Positions 15,698-30,889 of a stretch of DNA of 64,000 nucleotides are shown here, in pieces. The DNA is from the human T2T-CHM13v2.0 reference genome, Homo sapiens: the NCBI RefSeq assembly GCF_009914755.1, contig NC_060929.1, one strand, 5' to 3'. A program made the position numbers and the translations under genes. Positions within the stretch are counted from its first letter, which is position 1. Each line of letters opens with the position of its first letter. The notes under the pieces are model-generated. The model was not told the origin of the DNA and did not search any database. It worked only from the letters and a program-made list of their open reading frames with translations.

Positions 15698-17250
15698 GAG
15701 CTAACATCTACCCAGCTCTTACTGCTTGCTGAACAACTTAGCAGATTTTTCCTTGTGATTCTGACCACAATCTTATGAGGCAGATATTATTATTGCCATG
15801 TTTTAAAGGGGGAAATTGAAAGAGAGGTTTTAAGTCATTCACAAGGTGACACAGCAAAGTGGATACTGGAACCCCAGCAGCCTGGCCCCAAGCTCCATCC
15901 TCTGCCTCTCCCAGCAGTAGCAAAGGAGGAACTTGGCTTGTCAGAGCTCTTTTATCCCCACCTTCTCTAGCAACAAAGGAGACAAGTTCTAGCCTAAGCC
16001 TTGCCACTTACTGGTTAACTGAACTTGGGCAAGTTACTTTTCCCCTTCTCCTCTCAGTTTCCTCATCTGTAAAAAAAAAAGGGGTTGGAAGAGATGCTTA
16101 TGAATTCCCATAAAAATTAGTGATTCATCTTACCCTTCCACAGCCCTGCGAGTCAGATATCAGCATATCCAATTTGCAAATGAGAAAACTCAACACTAGT
16201 GTGGTCAAGGGGGTTGTTTAAGGTCATATAACTAGTTAAAGCCAAGATAACAACCCTGGCTGCAGATTGCAAACCCTGTCATCCTTTCTGTTGGAACACA
16301 TTCACAGACCCATTCCCCCAACCGCCTGACCTAGATGCAGGCTGTCGCCTAAAGGCCTGACTGATGAGTCTTGATAAGGTTCCCAGAACTCCAGCTACCC
16401 CAGGCCAAGTTTGGTAGTAGAGTGCAGTCTCCAACATTCGGGTCAAGGGCAGCTGAGTAGTTTATTCCATTCCCATTTTTCATTGAGCTCTCAGCTCCCA
16501 AATGGGAAGTCTGACTGAGAACCCCATGGGCCTGGGTGGGAGCTTTGCAAGAGTCTAGTAGCAGGGGATGTAAGCAAACAATGAGTTGTCCATCCCAAGG
16601 TTCAGCTAGGATGTGCTTCAGTCAACAAGACCTTCTGGAAGGAGGGGATTCTGGGAGAGGGGGAGTTCTTTTCCAATCCTCTCTTTCTGAAAGGCCCTTA
16701 CAACATCTCTGCCTAATGCACAAGCAGAGAGCACAAAGAACAAGTCAAGGATCAGTCATGAAGTCATTGCATTCCTCAGCTTCTCAGCCTGATGGGGCCA
16801 CCCCAAGGGGGCTTTCATAGCAGGAAGCGTGAGCTCATGGCAAATTCGTGGACTGAGACCCATTCTTGAGCTGTGGGTACAGAAGTGGCAGGATCCAAAC
16901 TCAGAGGAGAGTGTTTGAAGGAGGCTGTCATGGCTAACAGCTTTCTAGGCATGCCTGTTCCCCCATCCCACCCCTGCCCCTGGAGGCAGAGAACAGAGGT
17001 CTCAAGAAGAGAGGAAAAGTTTTGACCAAGGGGCATTGAAGAATATGAAGTCACAACTGGACAGCCTCCCTGGGGATGAGAAGACACAGTCCAACTTTGC
17101 TGCAGGCACCGGCCACACTACCAACTCCTTCCCCATCCAAGAAAGTCTTGGTTAAGAAGGCAGCACTGGTCTTCACATTCAGCCACAAAACACAGCCCCT
17201 GAGCTACCCAGTTACTATGCGCCACGTCTCTTGGATCTATCAAAAACTGT

Positions 17251-17680
<430 letters not shown>

Positions 17681-18031
17681 TTACCTGTCCTGTGTCCCTT
17701 TCCCCATCCAGGGGTAATCTGGCGAACTAATCTGAGCTGTTAATGACTGATAGTGGCCAGTGTTATCTTGCTGGACACTTGCACTCCAGCAGGGATATTT
17801 TAAAGAATGGGCCTGGTAGAACACTCAGGTTCCATGAGAAGCTGCTGAAGGAGTCCTGATGCAGAGGGACCTCTCCTGCTGTTCTCCACACCACAACTCC
17901 CAGTCTGTGTGCCTCAGTAGTCCATTATGTCCTGCCCCAAAGGCAAAGGCCACTGCTGCTCCTGCCAGTGTGCGTCTTCCCTTCTTCACCCCCATCTCAC
18001 CAGCCCAGACTTTGAGAATGGTCATTCGAAT

Positions 18032-18234
18032 CCAGGGTTTCTCAACTTGGGCACTATGGATATTTGGAGCTGGATAATTCTGTTGTGGGGGAGTGGTGGG
18101 TCTGTCCTATGCATTATAGAATGTAGATGCCAGTAGATCCTCCCTGCCAGTCACGGCAATAAAAATTGCCTGCAAACATTGCCAGGTGTCCCTCGGGGTC
18201 GGGGCAACGCCATTGGTTCTCCTGGTTGAGAATC
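18032..18234 (-). mobile_element. MER20 DNA transposon
   Basis: cagggtttctcaac...ggataattctgttgtgggg...tagatgccagtag...cattgcca...ggttgagaa. Confidence 0.85.
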
Positions 18235-18945
18235 AACGTTCTGAGCCTACAAATTCCAATAGGCATCCCTGTAAGAAGAGCTAGCCACCATGAAATGTGT
18301 ATCATTCACTACTTTAAATGTCTACCAGTGGAGTGTGGCAAAGCAAACTGACATGTAACCATCTGAAAGACCATTTTCTAAATGAAAGATCTTTGACATT
18401 GCGTAAACATCCCTACTCAAAAACAACTTTGAGGGAAAAAATGTCCAATATGAATATAGAAGCAAAATAAAATATTCATAACTTAAAAATCACATTAAAA
18501 TAGCAGACTACAAAATGTATATGCACAGTGATTACAACTCTGTAAATGTTATACATCCATTTAAAAAGGACTAATCAAACATCTAATTGGATGAGACGAC
18601 AGGATTATGAGTAAGTCATTCCTTTTACTAAAACTTTTGTTAACATGTGGGTAATTAACATAAAGCAAAGAACATGTATATTTCACAGTAATTTGCATCA
18701 ATTGTAATTAGATGCAATTACCCTAAAATAGTCTATGTTTCTTTAGCCATTGTAGTCAGCAAAGGAGGAGGAGCACCTATGAACATCAAATACATGTTTT
18801 GCTTCTCGTTTGCTCCCTTGGTCTTCGCTTGGGGGAAACACTCCCTTCAGAGGAGAGACCAACTCCATCAGGCATCTCCTGAGGTCCTAGGAGTAGGGCT
18901 GGGAGAGGACAGCTGCTGGATAGACATTTGTTGACCTGAACTCAC

Positions 18946-19024
18946 CTCCAATTTCCGTGTGGTGGTTTGAGGGTTACCACTTGAAGTATAATGGGTTTCT
19001 GTGTAGGAAGGAGCAAAAAGTTGC
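18946..19024 (-). CDS. ADAM19: ADAM19 coding exon 4 (prodomain)
   Basis: acceptor tttttgcag|G; QLFAPSYTETHYTSSGNPQTTTRKLE; donor GAG|gtgagt; 79 nt. Confidence 0.97.
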
Positions 19025-19409
19025 CTGCAAAAAATAAAAAGAGACATTTATATCATAAGTGGATGAACTCCACCCTCCTAGCAACAACGAGTGATTTTAA
19101 CTGAACCAGGCAGGACTATCCCAAGCATCTCCATACAAAAGAAACTAGGCAGCCACAAGGGGCTAAGGAACAAAAAGGAAAACCATAAGTTTGTTATTAA
19201 TTTTATATTTAATGTAAATTAAATATAATTTATCATCACTATGGGAACATCACTCCAACTAGATGGAATTGACAGAACTAAAGCAATGATCTTAATATTT
19301 GTCTGGGTCCTGGGAAAACAGACATGCAAACACATGCAAAATTTCCCGGGGCCTATGAACCCTGTTGTGTACCGTGGTTGATTTTTCCAGCACTGGATCT
19401 ACCAATTTT

Positions 19410-19740
19410 TAGTATCAGCAGACCAATTTTTCTTTAAGGGAATAACTCTTCCCTGATGCATATTTTGGTGAGATTGTCAATCAAGGTGTCCTACTTGGCC
19501 CTGGCCAAGGGGTGACCTGTATTTCAAGCGAAGCCAGTGGAGAGATACTGCCAGGTCTGAACAGATGGAAGCAATGCATCTGTTCTTCTGTTCCTGCTAC
19601 AAGGGTTCCCTAAGCTTCCGTTGCCTGCCCTTTCGGACACTTAGTGGTTCCGATTTCCTGAGACCTGGTAATTCTATGTTACTCTTCCAATAAATTCCTT
19701 TTTTTCTTTTCTAAACTTGGACATTGGTTTCTCTCACCAC
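19410..19740 (+). mobile_element. Ancient ERVL-type LTR relic (LTR33/LTR16-like)
   Basis: ggccaaggggtgac... and aataaattcctttt...ggtttct 3' signature; highly degraded. Confidence 0.4.
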
Positions 19741-19866
19741 AGACCCCTTGAAGTACAGGTTAAGAATCCCCTCACCAAAGGCCAGGCAACTTCAAGAAAT
19801 GTTCTTAGAATTTTCTCTAAAAATTAAAAGAAAAATATAAGAGTCAAATGGATGTTTCAACTATTA

Positions 19867-20203
<337 letters not shown>

Positions 20204-21949
20204 GAGAGAGAGAAACAAATGCCCTTTGTTGATGGTGATTATCTCAGGGGTTGCAGAAGATGTTTACAATATAAGTTGCATATTTCTGAAGTTGGTTGAC
20301 TTTTAAATTAACTGTCAGAGAGGTGTTTTGAAAACTGAAATTTTAATTTAAAACTGCTCTTAAAAAGAAGAAAATGTAGGCTGAGGCCAGCACAGAAAGC
20401 CAAAGGAATCTGCAGGGATAACCCAGGTTTTGAAAGAGGTGACATTTCCCAGCAAGAGAGGGTCATCGCAGAGGGTCTCTAGAATTCCTCTAGAGTCACT
20501 TCCAGCTCTAAGTTCTGGGATCGCTCAGATTTCCCTCCATCCCCAGTGTGTGGTCAGAAGGCAAATGCCACAAGAATTGTCTCCTGTATTATGTCAAGGC
20601 CTTCAACTTCTCGCCTTGGACAAGAAGAAAAGAAGCCCAACAGGAAAATGTAAAAATAAAGCAAAGCACAAACCCCAGCTTTGTGAAGAGAAATTCTCAT
20701 TCACATGGAAACTTTGGGTCAGTGGCTAACCTGCCAGAATCTGTCTCCCAGTCCTTTCTCTTTCTCCTTAGCATCTAACTAGTCCAAGATTTGAGGGAGG
20801 GAGTCACCCATTTGCCTGAGGGAGAAAAGCTGTAAGCCTCATGAGGGCAGAGGCCAAGCAGTTTTGCTCACTGGTTTATGTCAGTGCTTAACATTTGTTC
20901 AATGAGAAAACCACTTAACTAGTTACCGAATGAATGGATGGATGAGTAGTTCAGTGTACTAGCAGCTTAGAGCATGGTCTGGAGACTGGAAAACTGAAGT
21001 TTTGATTCCAGCTCTGACATTCACTGCCTCTACGGCCGTGAACAAGTACATGTATGTCTCTGAACCTTTGTTTCCTCTTACACAAAAAAGAGGATGATAT
21101 ACTCATTTGATAGGGCTGTGATGAGGATCAAACAACATAATAAATGTAGCAGACTTAATGCCATGCCTGGCACAAAGTGGAGCTGGGTAAAAGTTAGTGA
21201 TAATCATTATTGCTTTCAACAGGGATTATGACAGAAGAACCCAGAAAGTTTCTCTCTCTAACTTTCCCCAGCCATGAACTCTCCAGTACATCACTTAAGA
21301 GAGGTGGTAAAACGCAATGTGCTCATTCCTGCAGCCCATTTCCTGGGTTTGCTTTCACAGACTGCGCCATGTACAGCTGGTCAGGAGTTCAGAGTTTAAT
21401 AGTTCATTCCAGGTGCCAGTGGGGAAGTGTGAATTTTCCCACAGAAAATGCACTCCTGGTAAAAATATTCTCAGCCTCTTCTGAGACTTAGCAAGGGGGG
21501 AGAAATCATTCACCCAGTGACATTACCCCATCATCACAGGCCTCTCTGACCCTCAGCACTGAAAGGAACCCTAGAAATCATGTAGTCAAACCCCAATTAC
21601 ACTGTGAGCTCCCCAAAAACAGGGACCTTGTGTCTTTGAAGTCTTCTCCCCGGCCCCCAGCACCTAGCAGGCAGGCAGTACATGTGCATTCTGTGAATGA
21701 GTGAATAAACTCGCAAACGAATGAATGAACCTTTTATCTCGTGTAGGAATCTGCCAAATGGCTATTCACCACTGGACACCTCCAGGGAGAGGCTACTCCT
21801 GAGACTACCCACTCCATTTCTGACCACATACAGTAGTTTAATGTTTTACTCCGGATTAAAAACTACACCTCTGTCACTGGCACCCACAGGCCTTCATTCT
21901 GGCCTCTGAATCTACATAAAACAATCCGCTTTCATTTTCCACCTAATCA

Positions 21950-22080
21950 CCCTTTCTGAAGCAGCAATATCAGCATCATCTAGAAACTAGTTAAAAATGC
22001 AAATTGCCAGGCTCCACCCAGACTCATGAATCAGACAGAAACTCTAGGGTTAGGGCCAGCCATCTGTTTGAACAACTCTG
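21950..22080. mobile_element. MER5A-like MITE fragment
   Basis: cagcatcatctagaaactagttaaaaatgcaaatt...gaatcagacagaaactctaggg. Confidence 0.65.
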
Positions 22081-23561
22081 CAGCTCCCCCAAGCTAGGTC
22101 CACATACGCCCATGTGTCCAGGTGCTGCTCTCAGAACCAAAGGACGCTGCTGTCCCACAGAGAGGAGGGCACATGGTCACTGAGCAGCCCGGCCCAGCCC
22201 AGCTGCCCCATTCTCTGACCACATCTTGTTCTCATCTCCTCCCTGACGAGGGGCTGGCTCAGCAGACCGGCAGGAAGCCGTCTCTCACCATTGGATTGCA
22301 TTAGGATTTTCAGGAAACGACTTGTGAGTGATGTGCATCCAGGAAGAGAAAGGACTGTGCAAGATTTCCCATTCCGCCCACTCCTTTTTTCTAGCTTTAA
22401 AAGAAAAGCAATTTCTGTTCTACCCTGCTGCCCCCTGCTCTGTCTGCTCTGTGCTCAGGAGCCCACGGACAGGCAGAAATCAGTAGGACACTCTGCCATG
22501 TCTCGGCACCATCATAATAATAGCCAGCACTAGAGTTGAGCAAAATCTGGGTCATTTAGATTCCAAAGTCCCTGAGCAAAACCTGCATCTTCAGACTCCC
22601 ACCTAGGAAAATAAGCTACCCCCAAATACCGGACATAAAACATTAGGTCACTCTCTAGGGAAGAAGAACTGGAACCTGTACAAGCAGCCAGGCCCTGAAA
22701 GTACACTGCAGCCTGAAAACAGCTCAGACCCGTCTTTCCTAAGGCTCAGAAGCTTCAAACTCAGGACAATTCCTTTAAGTTCTATTTATCGTCAGACAAA
22801 TTTCAAATGCCTCTCTAGGCTAAACCACCCTCTAGAGAGGAAGGAGCAGTGACACTAAAATGAATTTGCAAAACATCTTCTGGGAGCTCAAACCTTCTTC
22901 CTCCTGCTTCAGATAAGCAAACCAGTGAAGATAAAGTGATAACAATTTCCCATTTACCTTGAAAAACACCCTCTGCAGACGAGCTCAGCATAGGCGAGCA
23001 TCACTCTGCTCATCTCAGTAGCAAGTTTTGCTGACACCTCCTTTCTCTGGGCCTTTCTCTATCTAATTCTTCCAAGAGTCTCCAGGCATTTATACCCTGA
23101 TGATGCCTTGGGAGGTCCACTTTTCTGGTCTCTCTTATTTCACCTGGAGGGTCTTCATCCTGCCTATGTTAGTAATAATGTTCTCACCATGCGACTTAGC
23201 CCAACAACTGCACAACACCTGGAAAGACTGTTCAAAAATACACAATCCCCTCCCTTTTCTAGGGAAGGATTAAGAAATCTGTATTTTTAATAGTTTTTTT
23301 TTTTTCAGGTGATTTATGTTTTCGGGTTCTGGGAATTATTCTACTCCATTTGAGCAATTTTAACATTTTTAATTCTTTTTTTTATTTCTAGCCTCCTAAT
23401 CACCTTCCAAAAGTCTAAAGATGGTGCTAACCCAGCATAGAGGGAAAGTCGGAATGCTTTGGTTTAAGCAGCAGCTGCACTAGGCAACTGCCCTTCCAAA
23501 GCCTGGAAATGAAGCAAAAGATGACTATGGTTCCTCTCAATGTCACACAAGCGTACAGCCA

Positions 23562-23855
<294 letters not shown>

Positions 23856-26800
23856 AACACTAAGGGAGCACAGCCAAGCCTTAGACTCTCAGAGGCCTGT
23901 CTACGGTTCTCTGGACTTTATGGGAAGAGTGTGGCTTTGAAAGATGTACTATTTACAATTAATTAGGACAGCCCTTGTTCCACTCTGTAAAATCAGATGT
24001 TAACTTGTAAAAACTTAATAAGATACAACAGAAATGCAAATATTTCCATCTAGTAGAAAAGATAACCCCAAAGGTTATGATTTTACAGCCCCTAGGATAT
24101 TAACTAGTTTTGTGTCTAATTTAGCAATCTTATCTCAGCATTCCTTTTTTCACTATTAAATACACACACACCCCCACACAAATACGTCTTAGTTTCCCTT
24201 ATCCAATTTTAAACCAGTTTTATCATCTTGCTGGTTAGCCCATTAATTAGATAAATAAAACTTCGAGAAGTGCTCACTATGTATTTGTATAAAAATTGTT
24301 TTCACGTGAGCCACATAAACCCCCTCCATTTTCTAGACTGCAAAATGAACAGACTAATAATCACCATCAGTATCACAGCGATGCTGAGGATCAAATGAGA
24401 AAATACATTCAAATCCTAGCTCTTATAAGTCGTGTGAATTCAGACTGGTCAGTAACTTCTCCGTGCCTATGGTTTCTCATCATAAAATGAGGAGAATGAC
24501 AAAATCTACTTCACAGTGCCCCTGTAAGATGTTAGAATAGTGCCTGGCATATAGGAAGATCATATGAACAAATGTGAAAGAATTATTTGTAAAGTAGAAA
24601 GTATTTGTGCTTTACAAATATTGCTATCATTTTCTCCAGCACTAGCTATATATACACGTGGCAAAATCTTGATCATTGTTAAATCTAGGTAATGGGCATC
24701 TGAGGTTTATAATACTAGTCTCTCTCCTTCTGGGTTTGTAAATTTTGACAATATTTTTTAACTGGCTAGGTGATACGGTGCAAGTCACAAACTACTCAGC
24801 CTCAGTTTCCCTTTCTATCAAGCAGAAATGGCAATGCCCAGGACAGACAGGTACTGGAAAGTGTCTCTGAAAAGCAGAGTGCTATTCTAATGTCATGGCC
24901 TGCACTAGTCTAGATTTGGGACAAAATAAATTCAGTGAGTATTGTTTTGTTTTCTAAGATGCTGAAAGAAAAGCAGGGAAGAGACAGCCAGAGCTGCTTC
25001 AGAACCAAGATTTCTACATCAGTACTCATTCCACCTCTGACTCCAAAGGAATGGAAACAAACCAACGTGCCAAAGGCATGGCCCTAAAGCCAAATAAGGG
25101 ACTGATGAGTCCAGGGGGCTGCAAGCAGACACATTCCTTTATGAGGGAACAGAAAGGCGAAGGAAGGGGGAACTTTGGAGGTTGCTCCTAGAGTAAAAAA
25201 TTGGGACCTCCTCCTATCCCAGGGACTCCCTTGAATAAGCACCATCGTTGCCAGAGGACCAGCTTTGGAAGCAACACTCCGAAGGCAAAAATGGCGCCAT
25301 CCAGAAGCCTGGCAAAAGGCCAATGCTACTCAGTATGTTTTCTTTAACTTCCTATTAAGGAAGTTTCCAAACAATGCGTTAAGTCAACACTCCCTTTCAC
25401 CAACCACTTCCCACGACATCTTCTCCCAGTCCGCACAAGACCTGGCACCCTTCCGACCAGTTTCTGGTCCTGTGTTTTGCTTTTACATTATATACCAAAG
25501 GATGTTTGGATGAGCACCACTGACTCCTTTGGCCAGCAGGGTCTTTACTTAATCCTCTTCAGGCCTCCCTCGTGGCTGCCTCTGTGAAGATGGGTAACCT
25601 CTCTGCACAAATAGAGCTGACTTCTTGAGATCAGACAACTTAACTGGCAGGGACCTGCGGGGCCCTCAAAATGGCTCACCCAAGAAGAGTTCACAAATTT
25701 GTTTTCCAGTGTCCCGAATAGCCCATTATGTGTATTTGTTGGAATTAGATAAGAACAGTTCGGGGAAATGAGGTGCTACCTTTAGAATTTCTGAGAAAAA
25801 TCTAAAAGCGAAAATGGTGAGTAGGAACAACTTCTCTAGCAACCAGTTTTTGGTAAATAACCACAGTGTTGATCAGATTAGCCGATACCACAGAAAACCT
25901 GAAGGGAAAGACGAATGTAAGAGGGTATGAGGAAACTGCCATATCATAAAGAAAAACGGTGTGGATAAGACACAGGGGAAATGAAGAGAAGGACCCTCTG
26001 AGATCACTGGAGCTGTGAGAATATGCTTAGAAAAAAGGGAATAAGCGGACCACTCCCTGAAACTAACAAACAAACATAAAACAGGTAGGTGAGGACCACA
26101 AACCAGCCTGCTAAATGTAGGTGCTTAGCCCTTTTTAAGCTCTGATTAAATATCCCAGTAACTTTCATAAACTTGCCCAATGTTTCTTAGCATACTAAGA
26201 CACAGACCGCACCCAAAGCATAAGTCAAGGATGTCAGAACTTGGAAAGCCCTCATAGATCATAGTGGATACCTATTGTCAGAGCCTGCCCAGCATCCATG
26301 CCACCTTCTTGAGATAAACAGTGGCCCAACTTGCATTTAAAGAAATACTCCCCTCTCGTTGCATTGCTGACTAGGGCACCTGGAGTTGGTCAAGATCCCT
26401 GCCCTTGCCTGGCCAAATGAATGCTTCATGATATGCCTGGACAGTCAGATCTCATCTCAGAATTTCAAGATGATAGTACATGAAGGGACCGTCTATTCAT
26501 TCTAGGATCTCAACCTTTCCAAACCTTAGTTTTTCAACTTTTCCCTCATTCTATGCGTTGCCCCATATCCTTTCCAAAAAGATTGTTTAGGAGAAGCGAG
26601 GGTTAGTGTGTAAGTTACAGAGTCTACCGCAATGAAACATTATTTATATACCACCCTCTCTGCCCAACCCTGACCTCCACTTTTACAGATGAAGAATCTG
26701 AAAAAAAGCAAAAGCAACTTGCCCAGCATCACACAGTTTTTGTTTCTAAACCCATCATTTCAATAAACTAGAGTAAGCTAAATGTCAGTGGTAGACAAGC

Positions 26801-28338
26801 CAAGAGTTGGGCCATCCAGACACACCCAGTAGGCAGAGAGAAAGGCTCTTCATGCAATCTCATGAATAACTGCATATTAAGCAGTGTAATGTGGTACAAA
26901 CTGCAGGCCACCTGGCATCAGGAGGCCAGAGTTTCTCACAGCTTGATTTCGTCACTATTTGCTGGGGGTCCTTGATCAAGACGCAGCACCTTTCTGAGCA
27001 TCAGGCCTTGCAGGCCCTGCACCTGCAAGTCCACTTGCACCCTCCACAAACATGTATGGAGGTCCGTGATGTGCAGGCACTATGCTAGGGGATGGGGCTT
27101 CAGCAGCCAGTGAGGCAGGCCTAGGTTTCCTGCCCCTCTCCTGGCTTGGCACCTGCAGCTCCCAAGTGCTTGGCAAATGCTGACACCATGCAGAGGGCAG
27201 GTGTCACTGTCTGGTCCCCAGAAGGCACTGTTTCACAGCTCATCTTCCTTCCTGGAACAGCTGCAAACCAGTGTGGTAACCAATTTCTAGTTTCTCCTAA
27301 AAAGCTGTCTACACAGTTATGGAGAAGGGATGTATATGTGCACGCACACGTGTGTGCATGCATGTGTGCGTGTTGAGAGCAGAGAGCAAGGCCAGTCTAG
27401 GGATCAGGAATTAAGGATACTCACTCAACATGGCTGCCCTCCTTCTCCAAACCCATATTCCTATCACCATATCCCTGAGAGGCCAGTTTGACCTTTGCAT
27501 TCTTACCCAAGCCCCAAATCTAGCATCAGTGAGTCAAGAGATAAAGAGCTTCTAGAATACAAAGAGCCTGACATTCCTTCCAACACTTAGATCACTCTTT
27601 TCCCCAGCACTCCAGTCTCCCTCCAAAGGAGTCCCTTTCCATGACTTGCCCTTCCCTTCTCCAGAAGGGGGGCCTTGGAAAAAGAAACCATGCTTGATAT
27701 AATGCAGCCATTATAGCTCCTTGGCCCTTCTGGCCCTCTCCCCGGGGAGACTGATGCAAGAGGAGAAAACGTGGAGACTGCCAGTTTTCTGCAAGGAGGA
27801 AAGGGGGGAAGTGAGACACATGGGAGCCATGGAAGAGGCTGGAAAAGAGCCACAAGTACAGAAGTCATAAAGACCCCATTTCTCCTTCAACCGGCTGAGG
27901 AAAGTCCGGCCCAGCTCCACCTACTCAATGATATCATTGTTTTCAACAAAAGCCGGTTTCAGAATCCCTAGAGAGGTCCCCAATGAAGCCTCAGCTGCTG
28001 GAATGGGCAGAGGTCTCACCAGTTCCTAAGAGACCAAGTGCTTAGAATTTTAGATAAGGAGGAGAAAACAGAGAAAACCAGGGGAGGCACAGATTTTGCT
28101 TCTGCTGGGCCTGTCAGCGTTATGGAAAGAGTACAGGACACTGCTTTTCACACAGGTTTTATTATTGCATCCCCATGATGATCCTGCCAAGGTGGTGACT
28201 AGGAATTATTACCTAGTCTAATTAGTCCATTGAGTCTAATTACCTATCTAATGAGAAACCTAAAGATCCAAGGAAAGAGGTGGCTTGTCCAAGGTCCCAC
28301 CACAAGCTAAGGAAAACTCCAGGGACAGACACCACCAT

Positions 28339-28702
28339 TGCTGTGGTTTGAATGTATCCCCGCAAAAGCCTGTGTTGGAAACTTAATCCCCAATGCAACA
28401 GTGTTGGAAGGTAGGCCTCATGAGGAGTGATTAGGCCATGAGGGCTCCACCATAATGAGTGGATTAATGCTGTTATAAAAGGGCTTGAGGCTGCAAGTTT
28501 GCTCTCTTGCTCTTTTTTTCATGTGCTATCTTGCCCTTCTCCCTTTCACCATGGGGTAGCATAGCAAGAAGGCCCTCATGAGACGCTGATACCTTGATGT
28601 TGGACTTGCCAGCCAGCAGAACTGTGAGAAACAGATTTCTTTTCTTTATAAGTGACCCAGTCTCTAGGATTCTGTTTTGCCAATGCAAAATGAATTAAGA
28701 CA
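28339..28702 (+). mobile_element. MaLR solo LTR (MSTC/D-like)
   Basis: tgctgtggtttgaatgt...gaaacttaatccccaatgcaacagtgttgg...gaactgtgagaaac...taagaca. Confidence 0.82.
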
Positions 28703-28719
28703 ACTATCCTGCTACTTAT

Positions 28720-29460
28720 TCAAGCTAGAAACTTTGGACTGTCCCTTGAAACCACCCTCTCCCTCAGCCCACATGCAACCCATTTCCCAGTTTCCATGAT
28801 TCCACCCTATAAATATCTCTGGAATCTATCCTCTTCTCTTTATATCAGCTACCTCTTCCCTAAATTAGTCCTTCTCAAATGCGTTTTGGATGCTGTCACT
28901 ATGTGACTTTTAAAATATTCTTCATCCGCTTCCCATTGCCCTAGAGATAAAAGCCCAAACTCTTTAAGGTGCCTACAAGGCCCTTTAAGGACTCACCTCT
29001 GCCTGCCTCACCAATTTCTTCTCTCATCATTTCCTTCCTCCGGCTCTCTGTTCTAACTATAGAGAACTTTTCATTTTCAATGTCATTCTTGCCTTTGGGC
29101 CTTTGATCCTGTGATCTGTGCTGCCTGGCACATACTCCCTATTGTATGAGCCAACTCTGCCACACTCTCCACCACCATCACACTCCCCCTTTTCTTTACT
29201 TCCTCCTATCAGACTTCCCGTGCCCCCAATCCAGAGGAAGTTCCCCTTCCCCATGTTCCTACAGTACCCTCTACTTCCTCCCTCCTAGCAGGTCCCACAT
29301 TGTTCTGTAACTGTTTAATTATCTGTCCCCTCTACTACGTTCTAAGCCCCATGATGGCAGAGACTATTCTGATCACCATTGATTCTCCCGGGAATAACCA
29401 GGACCTATCCCAGTGCCTGCCACATAGTTGGCACTCACAATATTTGTTTAATGAAGGAAG
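28720..29460 (+). mobile_element. L2 3' fragment
   Basis: aaagcccaaactctt...acaaggccc...cagtgcctgccacatagttggcactcacaatatttgtttaatgaa. Confidence 0.65.
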
Positions 29461-30889
29461 AGAAGAAAGGAATAACATAAATTAGGAATTCTCAATGAGT
29501 AGTCCAGAACTCAAGCCCAGTACACTGGGAAGAGACTTGCCAGAAAAGCCAGGGATTCTCTGACTCAATACCTGCCCCAGTTGAGTTTGTGCAAGACCTA
29601 GCAACTTGCCCCATAGTACCCAGAAGACTATTCACTTAGTTTATTCAAGGGGTCAGCCAAAGGTCTGTGTATGTCACTGAGTTCTAAATAAAGAAAAAGC
29701 AAATCTTAATTGCTCAAAATCAAAAACATCTCCTGGGTGAAATGTAAATGTAGTTTCATTTTCAGGACAGAATCTGTCCAGGGGCCACATTGTCAGCCTC
29801 CTCTCATTTTTCTCCAGGATAGTCATGCTCCATTGCCCAACCACAAAGGGTAAAGAGTAGGAAACACCCTCCAATTTCCAGAGAGCCTAGATGAAGAGTT
29901 TAATCACATCCTCGGAGCTGGGAGAAAAGAGAAGGCCGAAAGAGCCTCTCCCAAATCCAAATGTATATCCATAAATCCGTCTGCATCCCGCCCACCAGCC
30001 TTGCATCTCAGGAGGCTTCCCCATCTACAGAAGTTGTGAAGAAGCCATCAATGCCTTGTGCTCAGCCCCTTCCAATCCATGGGCTCCATCCACCAAGTAC
30101 ACCTCCATCCTCTTGGCTCAGCCCAAATTGTTCTTCAGTGGGGAGGGGTGGGAGGAAAGCTACTTCTCTTCCAAGGTGTAGAAATACAGCCTAGCTTTTA
30201 AGTGCACTTCAAGTATGTTTCCTAGAAGTAGCTCACCTACTTCCCTGACCACATGGGTCTGCCTGAGGCAAGAGAATGCAACTCAAAGTCAAAAATGGGA
30301 GAATTAAAATATTGAGCTCTATGCCACTCAAATCCTCTGGTAGCCCACCAGTGGAAGAAAAAGCAACCCGTTCCCCAACCTCAACATATCACTCTTCTGA
30401 ATTCAAATATTTGGCTAGTTAGGGATACTAAATTCCTAAAAGATTAGTAGCACTACAGTTTTAGGTTCCCTTTGATCCAGACCAAACATTTACACATTGT
30501 TTTCTCAGTCTGAATTCCTTTCTCATTCTCCATTCATCTCATCTCCCTCCCTCATCAAAAGCCTCCCATCATTCTGCAAGACAATATTTCAAGTAACCCT
30601 CATTAGGGAAGGCTCCCCTCTTCCCCAGTCACAAATTCCCGTTCCTCTTGCCTTCGCAGTTCTTTACTTTCAATTCTACCATGTAAATTTGTAATCTGTT
30701 TTGGATTATGCTGTTTGCATGCTGTTTTCTCTCCCACAGAGTCTAAACTGCCAGAAGGTAAGAATATCCTGTTTTCATGCCTAGTCTCTACAGCACCTAG
30801 CACAGGATTCTACATAGAGGTGCTCAATCAGTATCCCCTGAAATCAAACTTGTAGAATGGAGAAAAATTAGCTCGAGCTTAAAAGGCAG

